64,000 nt of DNA from Rhodosorus marinus CCMP1338 (lineage: Eukaryota > Plantae > Rhodophyta): the NCBI GenBank assembly GCA_029953675.1, contig JAMWBK010000004.1:1674001-1738000 (forward strand), given 5' to 3'. Both the position numbers and the translations under genes were made by a program. Under the pieces are notes generated by a model. The model had not been told where the DNA came from and made no database searches. It worked only from the letters and a program-made list of their open reading frames with translations. Shown here in pieces: positions 63,195-64,000 of the stretch (its first letter is position 1; each line of letters starts with the position of its first letter).

Positions 63195-64000
63195 TAATAC
63201 CCCAGCGGAGAATTTAAATCAATCTCTTCAACCTTACCTGCGAAGAGCAGACAGCGGAGCTCGACTTGACGCTAAGGCCGAAAGCAGCCGACACAAATCC
63301 AGCGTCCATCTCGTCCGAAATGAAATTGCAGGCTATGCCAAACAACAAATCCAAGAAAGGAGAAAAATAAAACACAAACCAATACACACAAAATTTAGAC
63401 CTCTCAAATCCTCTCTAACCTGAAAGGATCCTACCCACACTCTCCTTCCTCCCCACTAGCCCATCATTTTCCCCTCCACAAAAAGTTGGGCACCTACTCC
63501 GTCCCACTACCAACAAAAAAAATCCGTAAAAAACCCACTCAGGAACTATTATAAAATCCCGTCCATAAACTATTAAAAAACCTCAAGTAACACAAAAAAA
63601 TTTCTTAAAAACAAACAACTTCTCTCTCCCCTTTCTCGCAGGGGGGGGGGGGGTGGTATCAGACCTACCCCCCCTCCTTCCCCCCGCCAACACGAGAAAA
63701 CTAAGCCACCAAAAATCTCAGAAAACCGTTCGTGCGCTACCGCAGAAATCGTTTTGGCCGACGTGAAAAGGAAATATTGAGACGGATCCAGAAAAAAAGC
63801 CAAAATTTAAAAAGTCTAGTACATGTTTCTTAAATAATTTCAGCATTTACTTTATCTCAGGTTAAAGCCCATACAGATTTTTCCACGTGTCTGGTATAGA
63901 CGCGTGGCGTTTTATTATTAGCTTATCGTTTCCGTCGACGAGCTTCGATGAAATAGCGCTTTGTGGAGATCAAGAAATATTTTTTGCAAATGGAAAATAG

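Overview
Gene-dense eukaryotic nuclear DNA, most likely from a unicellular red alga (inference). Supporting signs are short GT-AG introns (about 90-150 nt in the genes where I measured them), several cyanobacterial/plastid-type proteins with simple transit peptides carrying an early AF/GFV motif, and C2H2 zinc-finger arrays of a type seen in red algae. About 20 genes can be supported: a DUF3727 protein, an ABCD half-transporter, Crooked-neck, a NOG1-like GTPase, a Nudix hydrolase, a tiny two-F-box protein, ALG12, two paralogous C2H2 zinc-finger factors, a DES1 desaturase, thioredoxin reductase, VPS4, two tandem PAP2 phosphatases, a GDAP1-like GST, an ORG1/FBN11-like pseudokinase, a carotenoid oxygenase, plastid EF-G and several hypothetical genes. 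The most unusual signals are: (1) a degenerate tandem array of 160-180 bp units whose head resembles tRNA-Ser, with Pol III A/B boxes at class-II tRNA spacing; (2) a second array between the two PAP2 genes, with the downstream PAP2 lacking a catalytic His; (3) two divergently oriented zinc-finger paralogs sharing an unrecognised N-terminal domain; (4) a 113-aa protein made of two F-boxes only; (5) a higher-order ~54-bp minisatellite. All family calls come from motif recognition by eye; no database search was run.
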